IMG/VR virus record: IMGVR_UViG_3300042463_000409
Location: 4,133-68,132 of that record
Source of the DNA: a virus
Strand: one strand, 5' to 3'
Length of the DNA stretch: 64,000 nucleotides
Notes under the pieces: model-generated
What the model was told of the DNA's origin: nothing
The model's database searches: none
The model's input: the letters and a program-made list of their open reading frames with translations, nothing else
In this document: positions 9,578-17,829 of the stretch, in pieces
How positions within the stretch are numbered: the first letter of the stretch is position 1
Layout: every line of letters starts with the position of its first letter
Program-made: the position numbers and the translations under genes

Positions 9578-9946
9578 CTACAACTTTTTAATAAACTCAA
9601 CAACTTCTCTGCACTCTTTTTGATTTTTTGGTAAAAATATATGAGGCTGTTCTCCGAATTCACTATAAAGCCTGTACTTTAAGAGCTTCCACTTTAGCTT
9701 ATTGTCATTCCTCTGAAACCCTTTGGTGTCAACTATTACAGACTTCCCTTTCTCTGTCAAATCAAAATCAACAGTTAATGTCATTGCTCTAATGGACTTT
9801 CCTTGATACTTAAACGTTGGATGAAGTAAGTATGGAACTTGAAAATCAAATTTAATTTTCTCGCTCATCAATAGTTCATAGAAGAATAACTCTAACCTAG
9901 AGTCAAACTTCAAACCATACTTCTGCACCTTTTTGATTTGCCTCAT
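9578..9946 (-). CDS. PD-(D/E)XK nuclease, DUF1064-like
   Basis: FDSRLE...FQVPY...VDF...VDTKG. Confidence 0.75.
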   Translation of the reverse strand: MRQIKKVQKYGLKFDSRLELFFYELLMSEKIKFDFQVPYLLHPTFKYQGKSIRAMTLTVDFDLTEKGKSVIVDTKGFQRNDNKLKWKLLKYRLYSEFGEQPHIFLPKNQKECREVVEFIKKL

Positions 9947-10047
9947 AAATTAGATAAAGAACAGGTAAGTAAAAGACCCATCATTAGTAAATATAAAAAC
10001 AATAGTACTAAAACGGGATGCCCTTCATTATTATTGTCTTTTTTCAT
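9943..10047 (-). CDS. Small membrane peptide (34 aa)
   Basis: MKKDNNNEGHPVLVLLFLYLLMMGLLLTCSLSNL; ATGA-coupled to the nuclease gene. Confidence 0.4.
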   Translation of the reverse strand: MKKDNNNEGHPVLVLLFLYLLMMGLLLTCSLSNL

Positions 10048-10050
10048 AAA

Positions 10051-10452
10051 TTATATCAAATTTAATTCACTTTTGCTATATGACAATGCAGAACGCAATA
10101 TTTCTATCTTGTAATGGCATTCTTTAATCAATAACTCTGTAATGTTATTGTAAAAGCTACAATCGCCTATCTCGTAAGCTATTAGCATCTTTTTTTCTGT
10201 TGCAGACCTATCGTCATTGTTTAATGTGATAAGCTTAGAGAAAGATAATTTCTCTGTAAGGTATTGGAACTGAGCTTTTGCTGTAATACCTAAAGACATT
10301 ATTGATGTAATTTCAGATAGGTGTTCTACAATAGCCCTAGGGTCGCTACAATCAATCTTTTTTCCTACAACAGCTCTGTATGCTTCATACATTTCTATTG
10401 ACTTTTCAAAAGCAGATTGCAATGATTGGTCTGTAAATACTTGCTTCGCCAT
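10051..10452 (-). CDS. Helical hypothetical protein
   Basis: 133-aa ORF with A-rich leader, in operon. Confidence 0.6.
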   Translation of the reverse strand: MAKQVFTDQSLQSAFEKSIEMYEAYRAVVGKKIDCSDPRAIVEHLSEITSIMSLGITAKAQFQYLTEKLSFSKLITLNNDDRSATEKKMLIAYEIGDCSFYNNITELLIKECHYKIEILRSALSYSKSELNLI

Positions 10453-10456
10453 GGTT

Positions 10457-10693
10457 TTATGGTTTTATTGGTTTAATTCTAAGTGCAAATTCTTTGTCTA
10501 ACTCTTTTGAATAGACTCTCTTCTTTTGTTTTATAGCATTCTTAATAACATTGTGGCCGATGATTAGCTTTTGTTGTGCTAATTTCAATGTCTTGAACTC
10601 AATGGCCTTTTCTCTTCGCTCTTCCAAATCTTCAATAGATAAGTCATAAGCTAAAATTGTAACTCTTGATTCGTCTATAAACTCGTATCCCAT
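10457..10693 (-). CDS. Hypothetical protein (possible small DNA-binding domain)
   Basis: 78-aa ORF packed between neighbours. Confidence 0.55.
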   Translation of the reverse strand: MGYEFIDESRVTILAYDLSIEDLEERREKAIEFKTLKLAQQKLIIGHNVIKNAIKQKKRVYSKELDKEFALRIKPIKP

Positions 10694-10694
10694 T

Positions 10695-12512
10695 TTAAAA
10701 CTTACATTTATGTTTTAGTAATAAATAATCCCTATTAAAAGGAAGCATTCCGTTTTCATCTACAAATTCAACTCCATTATTCATTCTTAATATGCATGGG
10801 TTTCCTTGTGTTGTCGGCTTGCCACCCGTCTCTTTATTTCTAACTTTATCAACAGAAATCTCTGTTACCATCCATTCGTATTGGTCTTTGATTTTCCTAT
10901 GATAAGTCACAAAGTTATCAACCCTATTGTAAAGTGCAGCACCCCCTTCGGTATCTGATGCGTGAGGCATCTTTTGGTTGCCATCTTTATCTCTTTCTCT
11001 TTGAGAATTGGTTGTACTATGTACTGATAAAAATATAGAAGTGTTGTATCTTTTTGTATAGTTGAGCATCTCGCTATATGCCTCGTAGTCGTATATGTAT
11101 TTATTCTTTGCTGCTGTCAACTCCATCTTCAAAGAATTATACGGATCAATAAACAGCCCCTTCAAAGACTTATAGTTCATAAGCACTTTAGAGTGGTCTA
11201 ATATCTCTCCGTATGTGTACATATTATCGGTAGATAGTATAAAGAAGTGCTCATCTACAAACTTTAATGAAGCTGCATGCTCTGAGTCGTTCATACTTGT
11301 AATCTTCTTGCCAACAAAGAACTCCATAATCTTCATCTTAACTGAAGCAGATTGATTCTCTCCTGTGTACAGCATCCAATTCCAATCATAATGCACAGCA
11401 GATAGGAAAATGAGCCACAAATTGACTGTTGTTTTACCAATATGGCTGTGTGCTAGGGACGCATAAAATTCGCCCTCTTTTAGCCTCAGATGGTCATCTA
11501 AATGCTTATACCCAAAAGGCATACCCATAGGTATGAGGCCAGACCTAAACTTATAGATAAAATCATCGTCTTTGGACCTAGAAGAAAGAAAGGACAAGTC
11601 TTCCTCCATAACTCCAATTTCACGTACAGCTTCCCTGTACTCAGATTCAACCTCATGTATAGGCCTGGTCATACCATGACGCAATCCGTCTTCTATGGTT
11701 CTCTTGGCTAGTTGGATGTCGTCTACATCTTTCTTAGAAATCTCGTGAGCAAGAATATCGTAAGCAATATCATATTCTATGTATTTAGTTGCAACATATC
11801 CGCCTAATAATGTAGCTGCCCTAAGTAACGTATGATGCTTTTGTCCATCAGGTGCTAGCCTAATCATTCTAGAGGCTACATCAATTTTTTTATAATCCGT
11901 AAACCCATCTCCCATTTTAACCGAAGATGGCTTTATCTCTTCGTCCTGAACAATATCAAAAAACACACTAGAAGATGTGTTAACGTATATCTCAGGATCA
12001 TAAGATACGTACAATACCCTAGCTATGTTTTTAGCTGTTGGGTCTAAGCCAGGTATCTTTTCTAGTAGAGCTTTGTAGTGCTGCGTATGCTTATTTCCGT
12101 CTCCAATCTTAACTAGACCATGAAGACCTCTACCACTAGAAGAAATCCATAAGGCATATATAAATGGATTATTAATTAATTCTTGCTTTGCCTCATTAAC
12201 ATCTTCGATATCATCAATATCTATTGGCACAAATCCGCTATGCTTTGTCAGAGATTTGTCATCTCTGTAAGACACATACTCTGTTCCGTTGTCTCTTGTT
12301 TTAGTTATAGGCTTATTAAATTCTCCTGAAAATAAAACGCATGGCAGTCCTGACTTTAACTCTCTAATTTTGTTCTCGTCTTTACATTGCCTTATCTCGC
12401 TTACTTTCTCTTTGTATTTGCCTGTTTCTATTCCTTTCAATACCGAACCCAATTCGACAAAGTGGGGCTCATGTATTGTAGTAATGTTTCTAAATAAGGT
12501 TACTCTCTGCAT
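10695..12512 (-). CDS. Primase-helicase (VirE/BT4734-like N-domain + DnaB-like SF4 helicase)
   Basis: KSGLPCVLFSG, DIDD, SSSGRGLHG primase-like motifs; HSHIGKTT Walker A; FIDPYN; KVRNKETGG. Confidence 0.82.
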   Translation of the reverse strand: MQRVTLFRNITTIHEPHFVELGSVLKGIETGKYKEKVSEIRQCKDENKIRELKSGLPCVLFSGEFNKPITKTRDNGTEYVSYRDDKSLTKHSGFVPIDIDDIEDVNEAKQELINNPFIYALWISSSGRGLHGLVKIGDGNKHTQHYKALLEKIPGLDPTAKNIARVLYVSYDPEIYVNTSSSVFFDIVQDEEIKPSSVKMGDGFTDYKKIDVASRMIRLAPDGQKHHTLLRAATLLGGYVATKYIEYDIAYDILAHEISKKDVDDIQLAKRTIEDGLRHGMTRPIHEVESEYREAVREIGVMEEDLSFLSSRSKDDDFIYKFRSGLIPMGMPFGYKHLDDHLRLKEGEFYASLAHSHIGKTTVNLWLIFLSAVHYDWNWMLYTGENQSASVKMKIMEFFVGKKITSMNDSEHAASLKFVDEHFFILSTDNMYTYGEILDHSKVLMNYKSLKGLFIDPYNSLKMELTAAKNKYIYDYEAYSEMLNYTKRYNTSIFLSVHSTTNSQRERDKDGNQKMPHASDTEGGAALYNRVDNFVTYHRKIKDQYEWMVTEISVDKVRNKETGGKPTTQGNPCILRMNNGVEFVDENGMLPFNRDYLLLKHKCKF

Positions 12513-12525
12513 ACATATTGATTTT

Positions 12526-12591
12526 GACCTTGTGCTAGATTCGAACTAACTCCTTCATATAGATGTGCTAACCATTAAACACCAACAAGGT
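12526..12591 (-). ncRNA. tRNA-like RNA with truncated anticodon arm
   Basis: ACCTTGT/ACAAGGT 7-bp acceptor; GTGT/GCAC D-stem with TGG loop; GTTAG-TTCGAAT-CTAGC T-arm; only 14 nt between D- and T-arms. Confidence 0.7.
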
Positions 12592-12679
12592 ACTTAAAGC
12601 GCAATTAGTGTTCCCATTAAATAACTCGTTGATTAATAATAATTTTTTAGTTTATTTACACTAATTGAACTTAAGTTAG

Positions 12680-12949
12680 TTAGAATGGAAGGTCGTCAGT
12701 CTTACTAAAAGACTTTGGAGCTGCAGGTTGAACTGCATCTTTGTTAGGCTTCCATGTATCCAATACAGCAAATGCATTGTATCCGTACTGGTCAGGTGTC
12801 TTTTTATCTTTGATTTCGATATTTACGTAGCCTCTGTCATTTTGATGACTCTTAAGTTCTTCAATAAACTTTTCTACGTTGATACTAATCTTAGTACCAT
12901 ACTGAGTTTTCTTGCATCGTAATGCATTGATGTAAACAGTGTCTGACAT
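12680..12949 (-). CDS. Single-stranded DNA-binding protein (small phage type)
   Basis: Beta-rich 89 aa with C-terminal DDLPF tail, in the replication/recombination block. Confidence 0.65.
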   Translation of the reverse strand: MSDTVYINALRCKKTQYGTKISINVEKFIEELKSHQNDRGYVNIEIKDKKTPDQYGYNAFAVLDTWKPNKDAVQPAAPKSFSKTDDLPF

Positions 12950-12979
12950 TTTTATGGTTTTATTGGTTAAAAATTCGGT

Positions 12980-13010
12980 AAAAAAACCCCCGATGTAGAA
13001 ACACCAGGGG
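12980..13010 (-). terminator. Intrinsic terminator with TGT-TTCT-ACA apex
   Basis: Minus strand CCCCTGGTGT-TTCT-ACATCGGGGG followed by T7. Confidence 0.75.
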
Positions 13011-13039
13011 ATTGTCGCTTGTATGTATGAGAATCAATA

Positions 13040-13312
13040 TTAAACATTTTCAAGCTTTCCCCATAGAAGCTTTTTCTTTGGGTTCTTGGTAGCTGTAATC
13101 GCTACATCAAATCCATATTCAGAGAGGATGTCAATGACAGCCCCCATGGATACGGTTCTTGGCTTCCCGTCTTTATCCATATACTTTCCAGAGTAGTTAA
13201 CGAAAAACCAATAGTTCTTTGACTTGTCTTTCGAGTAAATCTCATCTAGTATTTTGGCGATTTGAGGGTAGGTTTTGGTTAGTTTGGTTTTGGTTATGCC
13301 CTTCGCGTTCAT
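13040..13312 (-). CDS. Hypothetical protein
   Basis: 90-aa ORF followed by a terminator. Confidence 0.55.
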   Translation of the reverse strand: MNAKGITKTKLTKTYPQIAKILDEIYSKDKSKNYWFFVNYSGKYMDKDGKPRTVSMGAVIDILSEYGFDVAITATKNPKKKLLWGKLENV

Positions 13313-13316
13313 GGTT

Positions 13317-13682
13317 TTATTGTTTGGAAATCAGGACGACAGATTCTAGTTCACCATCATTGAAGTACGCCATAAACGTATAGAATACTTCGTAAGGTTT
13401 TCCGTAGAATAAAACATCTCCATTATAATAGCTTTTCTTTGTTACTTGGTTTATTTTTCGCATCTCTGCCGAGAATAGCCCGTCTTTATTATCCTTAGCT
13501 ACTAATTCATACTCGAAGTCTTCAAAGTATAAATATCCGTCCATACCAACATGGTAATCTAGGAACTGGCAGTCAAGACTCTTAGTTTGAAACTCAAGGT
13601 CTTTTAGATCTTCAAGTTCTTGCTCGTTCTCAATAGGCAGGAACTTTAGGTCTATTTTCAAGGTGTCGTATCTGCTCGACAT
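13317..13682 (-). CDS. Phage hypothetical protein
   Basis: 121 aa, FQTKSLDC motif; upstream TATATTCG promoter-like variant at 13707-13714. Confidence 0.6.
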   Translation of the reverse strand: MSSRYDTLKIDLKFLPIENEQELEDLKDLEFQTKSLDCQFLDYHVGMDGYLYFEDFEYELVAKDNKDGLFSAEMRKINQVTKKSYYNGDVLFYGKPYEVFYTFMAYFNDGELESVVLISKQ

Positions 13683-13737
13683 AGGCTTATTTCAAATAGT
13701 GTATTGCGAATATACAATGTTTTTCACAAAAACAAAA

Positions 13738-14496
13738 TTATTTTACCCAATATGGCAAAGATATTTCAAAGTCTCCACCTGAATGGAACTCGTATCCCAT
13801 ATCCCAAAGGTTGTTTTGCATACACGAATTAAATAGCATTGCTAATTCAGATACCGTCTTTTTACCTAGGTCAATATACTCTTGACTAGCTTCTGCAACA
13901 ACAATATTGTATGGAGATTTAGTTTCAACGATTAGGTATTTTATAGGTTTATTAGTAACCATATTGTATATGGCAGCTTGTATGTGGTAGCCTCGGTCAT
14001 AGAAATTATTGATGATAGTTTTTGGATGTGCGTCCGAAGCTGTCTTTACTTCTAAAACATATTTATCAGATTCTCCATCTATAAATCCTCTGAATGGAAG
14101 TCCGTGCATCTCTGCCCTGAATTCATTTTCAAATATATTACAATCTGATACCAACTTTTTAAAATGGTCTTGCATCATTATCTTATCTACAAGTCTATTG
14201 GCATCTTCAAACTCAGACTCTTGCACAACGGTCTTACCTTCTGCTTCACTCATAAACTTTGCGTAAGTAGCTTTACCTTCTGTTGTTCTTCTGTCTACGT
14301 TTGGCATCACGGCAAACTGAGAATTAAATTCTTTGGGCTGTAGTAGTAAGCAGTGCAGCATGCTGCCAAATATCATTTCTTTACTAGGCTCTTTGTCTCC
14401 ATTTAGGTATGCAATGTAGTGTGCAGGACTCTTAGCAAACTCTTTTAGTGAAGAGTAGCTTAATGGCCTTTGTTGTAACGTTTCTAATGTTATCAT
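13738..14496 (-). CDS. RecE/exonuclease VIII-like PD-(D/E)XK exonuclease (DUF3799-like)
   Basis: LSYSSLK, FGSMLH, RGFID, EVKT, YHIQAAIY. Confidence 0.85.
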   Translation of the reverse strand: MITLETLQQRPLSYSSLKEFAKSPAHYIAYLNGDKEPSKEMIFGSMLHCLLLQPKEFNSQFAVMPNVDRRTTEGKATYAKFMSEAEGKTVVQESEFEDANRLVDKIMMQDHFKKLVSDCNIFENEFRAEMHGLPFRGFIDGESDKYVLEVKTASDAHPKTIINNFYDRGYHIQAAIYNMVTNKPIKYLIVETKSPYNIVVAEASQEYIDLGKKTVSELAMLFNSCMQNNLWDMGYEFHSGGDFEISLPYWVK

Positions 14497-14497
14497 A

Positions 14498-14770
14498 TTA
14501 TTCTGTTTCGTCGGTTAATATTACCCTGTATTTGTATGCAGCAACAGGATCGGTTTCATTCAATATATCTAGTGCATATTCGTATCTCATATTAATCATC
14601 TTCTCTACGTTTAAGTCAGAGCTTAACACTTCATACTTTACTTTAAGAGAATCTAATGATGCATTTTTATAAAGAAGCTGGTCTTCTAGTGTTGAGCATT
14701 TATTTGCCTGGTACAATGAAGTCCATAGTAAAGCAATGCAAAATACAAGAAGTAACCTTTGCTTTCCCAT
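14498..14770 (-). CDS. Membrane-anchored coiled-coil protein
   Basis: N-terminal hydrophobic segment then heptad repeats. Confidence 0.5.
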   Translation of the reverse strand: MGKQRLLLVFCIALLWTSLYQANKCSTLEDQLLYKNASLDSLKVKYEVLSSDLNVEKMINMRYEYALDILNETDPVAAYKYRVILTDETE

Positions 14771-14772
14771 GA

Positions 14773-15318
14773 TTATCCATTTTTAATTTTATTTAATTCA
14801 GCTTCAACAGCTTTTGATATGTTATAGAATTGTCTAAGTTTAGCTACATCTAGATTATTTGATTCAGCTCTTTTAACAATAGCACTCCAATCCTTGTGCT
14901 TATCTGTTAGCCATTCTTTCTGAGGAGCCGCTGTATCTCTTGACATAGCCTTCTCTCCATCATCATCTTCGTCTTCAATAACTAGGTTTAATAATCCTGA
15001 TAAGCTATATCTTTTAGCATAAGTTACAGCACTACCATAGTCTTGTGCGGTCTGCTTTTGAACTACGATAGGAAAGTATGATACCATCAATTCTCCTGTC
15101 TCTACATGATATAGATTAGTTTGAACATAAGGAGCTCCGTCTAATACAATAGTTGGTTGTGATATCACTAATCCATTGCGACTTAAGTGAGGGGCTATGT
15201 GTTGCTGAATAGCATCTAATTGCGCATACTTTGATTTAAAGAATGGGTTGTTAGATGACTTTGTAATTGGTTCGCATTGTGATTGAAATAGTGACAATGC
15301 TTTTAATAAATTCTGCAT
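14773..15318 (-). CDS. erf: ERF-family single-strand annealing protein
   Basis: NPFFKSKYA, QDYGSAVTYAKRYSL, EDDDG signature. Confidence 0.9.
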   Translation of the reverse strand: MQNLLKALSLFQSQCEPITKSSNNPFFKSKYAQLDAIQQHIAPHLSRNGLVISQPTIVLDGAPYVQTNLYHVETGELMVSYFPIVVQKQTAQDYGSAVTYAKRYSLSGLLNLVIEDEDDDGEKAMSRDTAAPQKEWLTDKHKDWSAIVKRAESNNLDVAKLRQFYNISKAVEAELNKIKNG

Positions 15319-15337
15319 TTTATTGTTATTTAGTTCG

Positions 15338-15420
15338 TAGTCAGTGTAGGATTCGAACCTACATTTAGGAGACTGATGTATTTAATCTCAGTTTTCGTCT
15401 ACCATAACGACTTCCTGACT
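15338..15420 (-). ncRNA. tRNA-like RNA with aberrant anticodon arm
   Basis: AGTCAG/CTGACT acceptor; GTC/GAC D-stem with TGGTA; ACTGA/TCAGT stem with 11-nt loop; GTAGG-TTCGAAT-CCTAC T-arm. Confidence 0.65.
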
Positions 15421-15581
15421 ATATCGGTTGTTCTGGCACAACCATAAGCCCCTTTGTTTTCTTTATGCGTATGAACAAATGCTGCTACTATAACACACTT
15501 GGCAAGAAAACTATGTCTAACCCAACCGCAAGGCATCGGTACTAGGGCTTTCTAAACTATAGTAGCATTTATTACTTATTG

Positions 15582-15589
15582 CAAAACTA
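15582..15589 (-). promoter_or_regulatory. -7 promoter element upstream of hairpin/tRNA-like/erf
   Basis: Minus strand TAGTTTTG. Confidence 0.5.
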
Positions 15590-15593
15590 CAAA

Positions 15594-15743
15594 CTATTTA
15601 AATAATATTCTAAATAATTTTTTGAATTCTGCTATTATATCGTATATCACACCTGAGTATATTAATCCCCATACCCATACTAAATATGGAATGAAGAATG
15701 TAAATATAAATATCAGTGCTCTCTCTTTTTTATCTTTTACCAT
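15594..15743 (-). CDS. Small membrane protein
   Basis: MVKDKKERALIFIFTFFIPYLVWVWGLIYSG...; start uncertain (track extends it to 15857). Confidence 0.4.
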   Translation of the reverse strand: MVKDKKERALIFIFTFFIPYLVWVWGLIYSGVIYDIIAEFKKLFRILFK

Positions 15744-16077
15744 AACTATATGTATATCAGGTTCTATATCCAAGTAAAAAGTTACCTGAACAGTCCTCCA
15801 CTTTATTTCAACTCGTGGATTCATAGCTCTACTACACACCCGAATATCTAACGGCACATTAGTTTTTTACTTTGTTTACTTGTCGGCAGTTGTCAACCTG
15901 TAAGACATGGCTACCACTTTGTACTAATATGTATATCTCCGCATGTGCAAAAAGTTAAGCACCATAGGTGCTACGAAAAACACACACGTTAAGTGTAAAG
16001 AACAGCAAATTTTTATTTGAACTATCGTTGTATAGAACAAGGCTAAAATGTGTTAAAACCTTACCGAATGGGGTATG

Positions 16078-16183
16078 AAAGAAAAAGCCCACCAAAGTAG
16101 AGATTTGATGGGCATGATTCAAAAAGGTGTTAGCCTTCTAAAAGCACACCCGATAACGTATCTCTACTACCTTATCGGATTTG
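16078..16183 (-). ncRNA. Kissing-loop small RNA / attenuator
   Basis: Two hairpins with complementary 7-nt loops GTAGAGA and TCTCTAC; second hairpin followed by TTTTTCTTT; consensus promoter directly upstream. Confidence 0.65.
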
Positions 16184-16188
16184 CAGTA

Positions 16189-16219
16189 CAAAAATACAAA
16201 TGTTTTTTATACCACCAAA
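16189..16219 (-). promoter_or_regulatory. Full Bacteroidota promoter (-33 TTTG, -7 TATTTTTG)
   Basis: TTTG-19 nt-TATTTTTG on the minus strand. Confidence 0.7.
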
Positions 16220-16226
16220 TATTTTT

Positions 16227-16421
16227 TTAATTTTTATTGTGTTCAGATATAGTTATTGTCAATGTCGCAAACAACAGGCCTAACTGAAAGGCTACAACAG
16301 GGGTTCCGCAGCACTCATATACTCCGTCAGATAAGCTAAACCCCAATAATATTGAACCATCATGTCCATCGATGAATGGGCTGTCAATAACAGCTTGTAC
16401 GTCGTTTTTAAATATTTTCAT
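16227..16421 (-). CDS. Hypothetical protein
   Basis: 64-aa ORF on the early strand. Confidence 0.5.
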   Translation of the reverse strand: MKIFKNDVQAVIDSPFIDGHDGSILLGFSLSDGVYECCGTPVVAFQLGLLFATLTITISEHNKN

Positions 16422-16426
16422 AGTTT

Positions 16427-16483
16427 GTAAAGTTATAGGTTTACTTTTATGTGGTTAAAGTAAAGTTATAGGTTGACTTTTAT
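16427..16483. repeat. Direct repeat of a 24-bp quasi-palindromic box
   Basis: GTAAAGTTATAGGTT(T/G)ACTTTTAT at 16427-16450 and 16460-16483. Confidence 0.7.
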
Positions 16484-16608
16484 TCTTGCCTATTCCTTTC
16501 ATCCTCTTCTATTTTTCTCTTGCTATAATCTATGAGGTATACCCATAGGATAGATACGGGAATAGCAAATAAAAAGGATATTAAGAACCCTTCAAATTGT
16601 ATATTCAT
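16480..16608 (-). CDS. Small membrane peptide (42 aa)
   Basis: MNIQFEGFLISFLFAIPVSILWVYLIDYSKRKIEEDERNRQE; a 28-aa TM ORF (16605-16691) is coupled upstream. Confidence 0.45.
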   Translation of the reverse strand: MNIQFEGFLISFLFAIPVSILWVYLIDYSKRKIEEDERNRQE

Positions 16609-16694
16609 AGTTTCTTTATTTGTTTATATATAGATATACATCCTAGGATAGATACTATTCCTACAAGTATCATAAATAATAATGCTAACATAAT

Positions 16695-16919
16695 TTATAG
16701 TTTTTCTATTTCTTGTTTAACTTCTTTCCACCAATTCTTTTCTATGCAGTTATCGTCTTTGTCAAAGGCAATAGGGTTAGAAGAAATTATTTCGTCTACT
16801 GCTATTAATGCACACTGTACAGCTTTTTTTAATATATATGAGTGCTCAAACCCCATTTTTAGGGTTACTATTGGCTTGTATTTCTTTATTAACTCATCAC
16901 ATTTTTCTTTTGGTGTCAT
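16695..16919 (-). CDS. Phage hypothetical protein
   Basis: MTPKEK...QCALIAVDEII...WKEVKQEIEKL pattern typical of Bacteroidota phage early genes. Confidence 0.65.
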   Translation of the reverse strand: MTPKEKCDELIKKYKPIVTLKMGFEHSYILKKAVQCALIAVDEIISSNPIAFDKDDNCIEKNWWKEVKQEIEKL

Positions 16920-16922
16920 AGG

Positions 16923-17135
16923 TTATTTGTTTTGGTTATAGGTTTGGTTGTAGTATTCTTCTCCTTCTTCTCTATATCCATATACTCCATCTATATTACC
17001 ATAGTAAGCATCTATTATCTGCTCTTTTTCTTTTTCAAGTTTAGATTCTGCTCTTTTTATTATACCATGTACAATAGAGTCATATGATTCAATGCTTTTT
17101 AATTCACTAATCAATTGTTGTAATACTGTTTGCAT
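16923..17135 (-). CDS. Phage hypothetical protein
   Basis: EKEQIIDAY...EYYNQTY; similar to 17585-17824. Confidence 0.65.
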   Translation of the reverse strand: MQTVLQQLISELKSIESYDSIVHGIIKRAESKLEKEKEQIIDAYYGNIDGVYGYREEGEEYYNQTYNQNK

Positions 17136-17138
17136 ATG

Positions 17139-17258
17139 TTATTTTCTAATGTTTATAGTAATGTATCCCCAACTTAACTCTATTAGCCACCATGCATATA
17201 TGTTTATAGACGGTATGAGAGCAAAGTAGAACCTGTTTTTGTGTACTGATACTTTCAT
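17139..17258 (-). CDS. Small hypothetical protein (39 aa)
   Basis: MKVSVHKNRFYFALIPSINIYAWWLIELSWGYITINIRK with an AAAAACC leader; preferred over the tracked 17146-17334 ORF. Confidence 0.45.
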   Translation of the reverse strand: MKVSVHKNRFYFALIPSINIYAWWLIELSWGYITINIRK

Positions 17259-17385
17259 GGTTTTTATATTTATTTACATATAATAATAATATTTGATAAG
17301 GAATTATATCGAATTGCGTATATTTTTTTAACATAAAGTGTCATAAAATGCACATTAATTAGGATTTTGTCACTTATAAAGGACA

Positions 17386-17580
17386 TTATTCTTTTTTAAT
17401 TTCTTTTGCTTTATTCCATATCAACTCTCCGTTATCTCCCCAATAGTAGTCACACTTATTGTTTTTAGTAATTGGTGGATCTAGGAAGTATGATTGCAAG
17501 TAAGATTCATGTGCTGTATACCTATAACAGCCTTCTTTATGTGGGCAACCTTCTCCGCTGCATTTTGTGATATCTGCCAT
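17386..17580 (-). CDS. Small Cys-rich protein
   Basis: MADITKC...CPHKEGCYRY...CDYYW. Confidence 0.65.
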   Translation of the reverse strand: MADITKCSGEGCPHKEGCYRYTAHESYLQSYFLDPPITKNNKCDYYWGDNGELIWNKAKEIKKE

Positions 17581-17584
17581 GTTA

Positions 17585-17824
17585 TTATATTTCGTTGTAT
17601 TTATCGTCGTAATACTCGGTTGCCGTTACGTTCTTCATTCCATCATTTGCAACCTGAAAGCAATTCATTTTTCCAAATCTATAAGCCTCTTCAATTTGAT
17701 TCTTCTCTTTACTCTTGGCTACACTTACTGCTGCGGTTATTAATGTTTGTTTTAATTGGTCATTAACATCATTCATATCGTTGATAATATTTAATTCTTT
17801 TGTCAAGTAGTCTATTGCTGTCAT
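17585..17824 (-). CDS. Phage hypothetical protein
   Basis: MTAIDYL...EKNQIEEAY...EYYDDKY. Confidence 0.6.
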   Translation of the reverse strand: MTAIDYLTKELNIINDMNDVNDQLKQTLITAAVSVAKSKEKNQIEEAYRFGKMNCFQVANDGMKNVTATEYYDDKYNEI

Positions 17825-17829
17825 TGTTT

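Noticed and set aside
12526-15420. Calling the two cloverleaf elements functional tRNAs
   Set aside because: Neither has a 5-bp stem with a 7-nt anticodon loop, so no anticodon can be assigned.
17146-17334. Tracked 62-aa ORF
   Set aside because: A 39-aa ORF in another frame (17139-17258) has a proper A-rich leader and fits the gene packing better.
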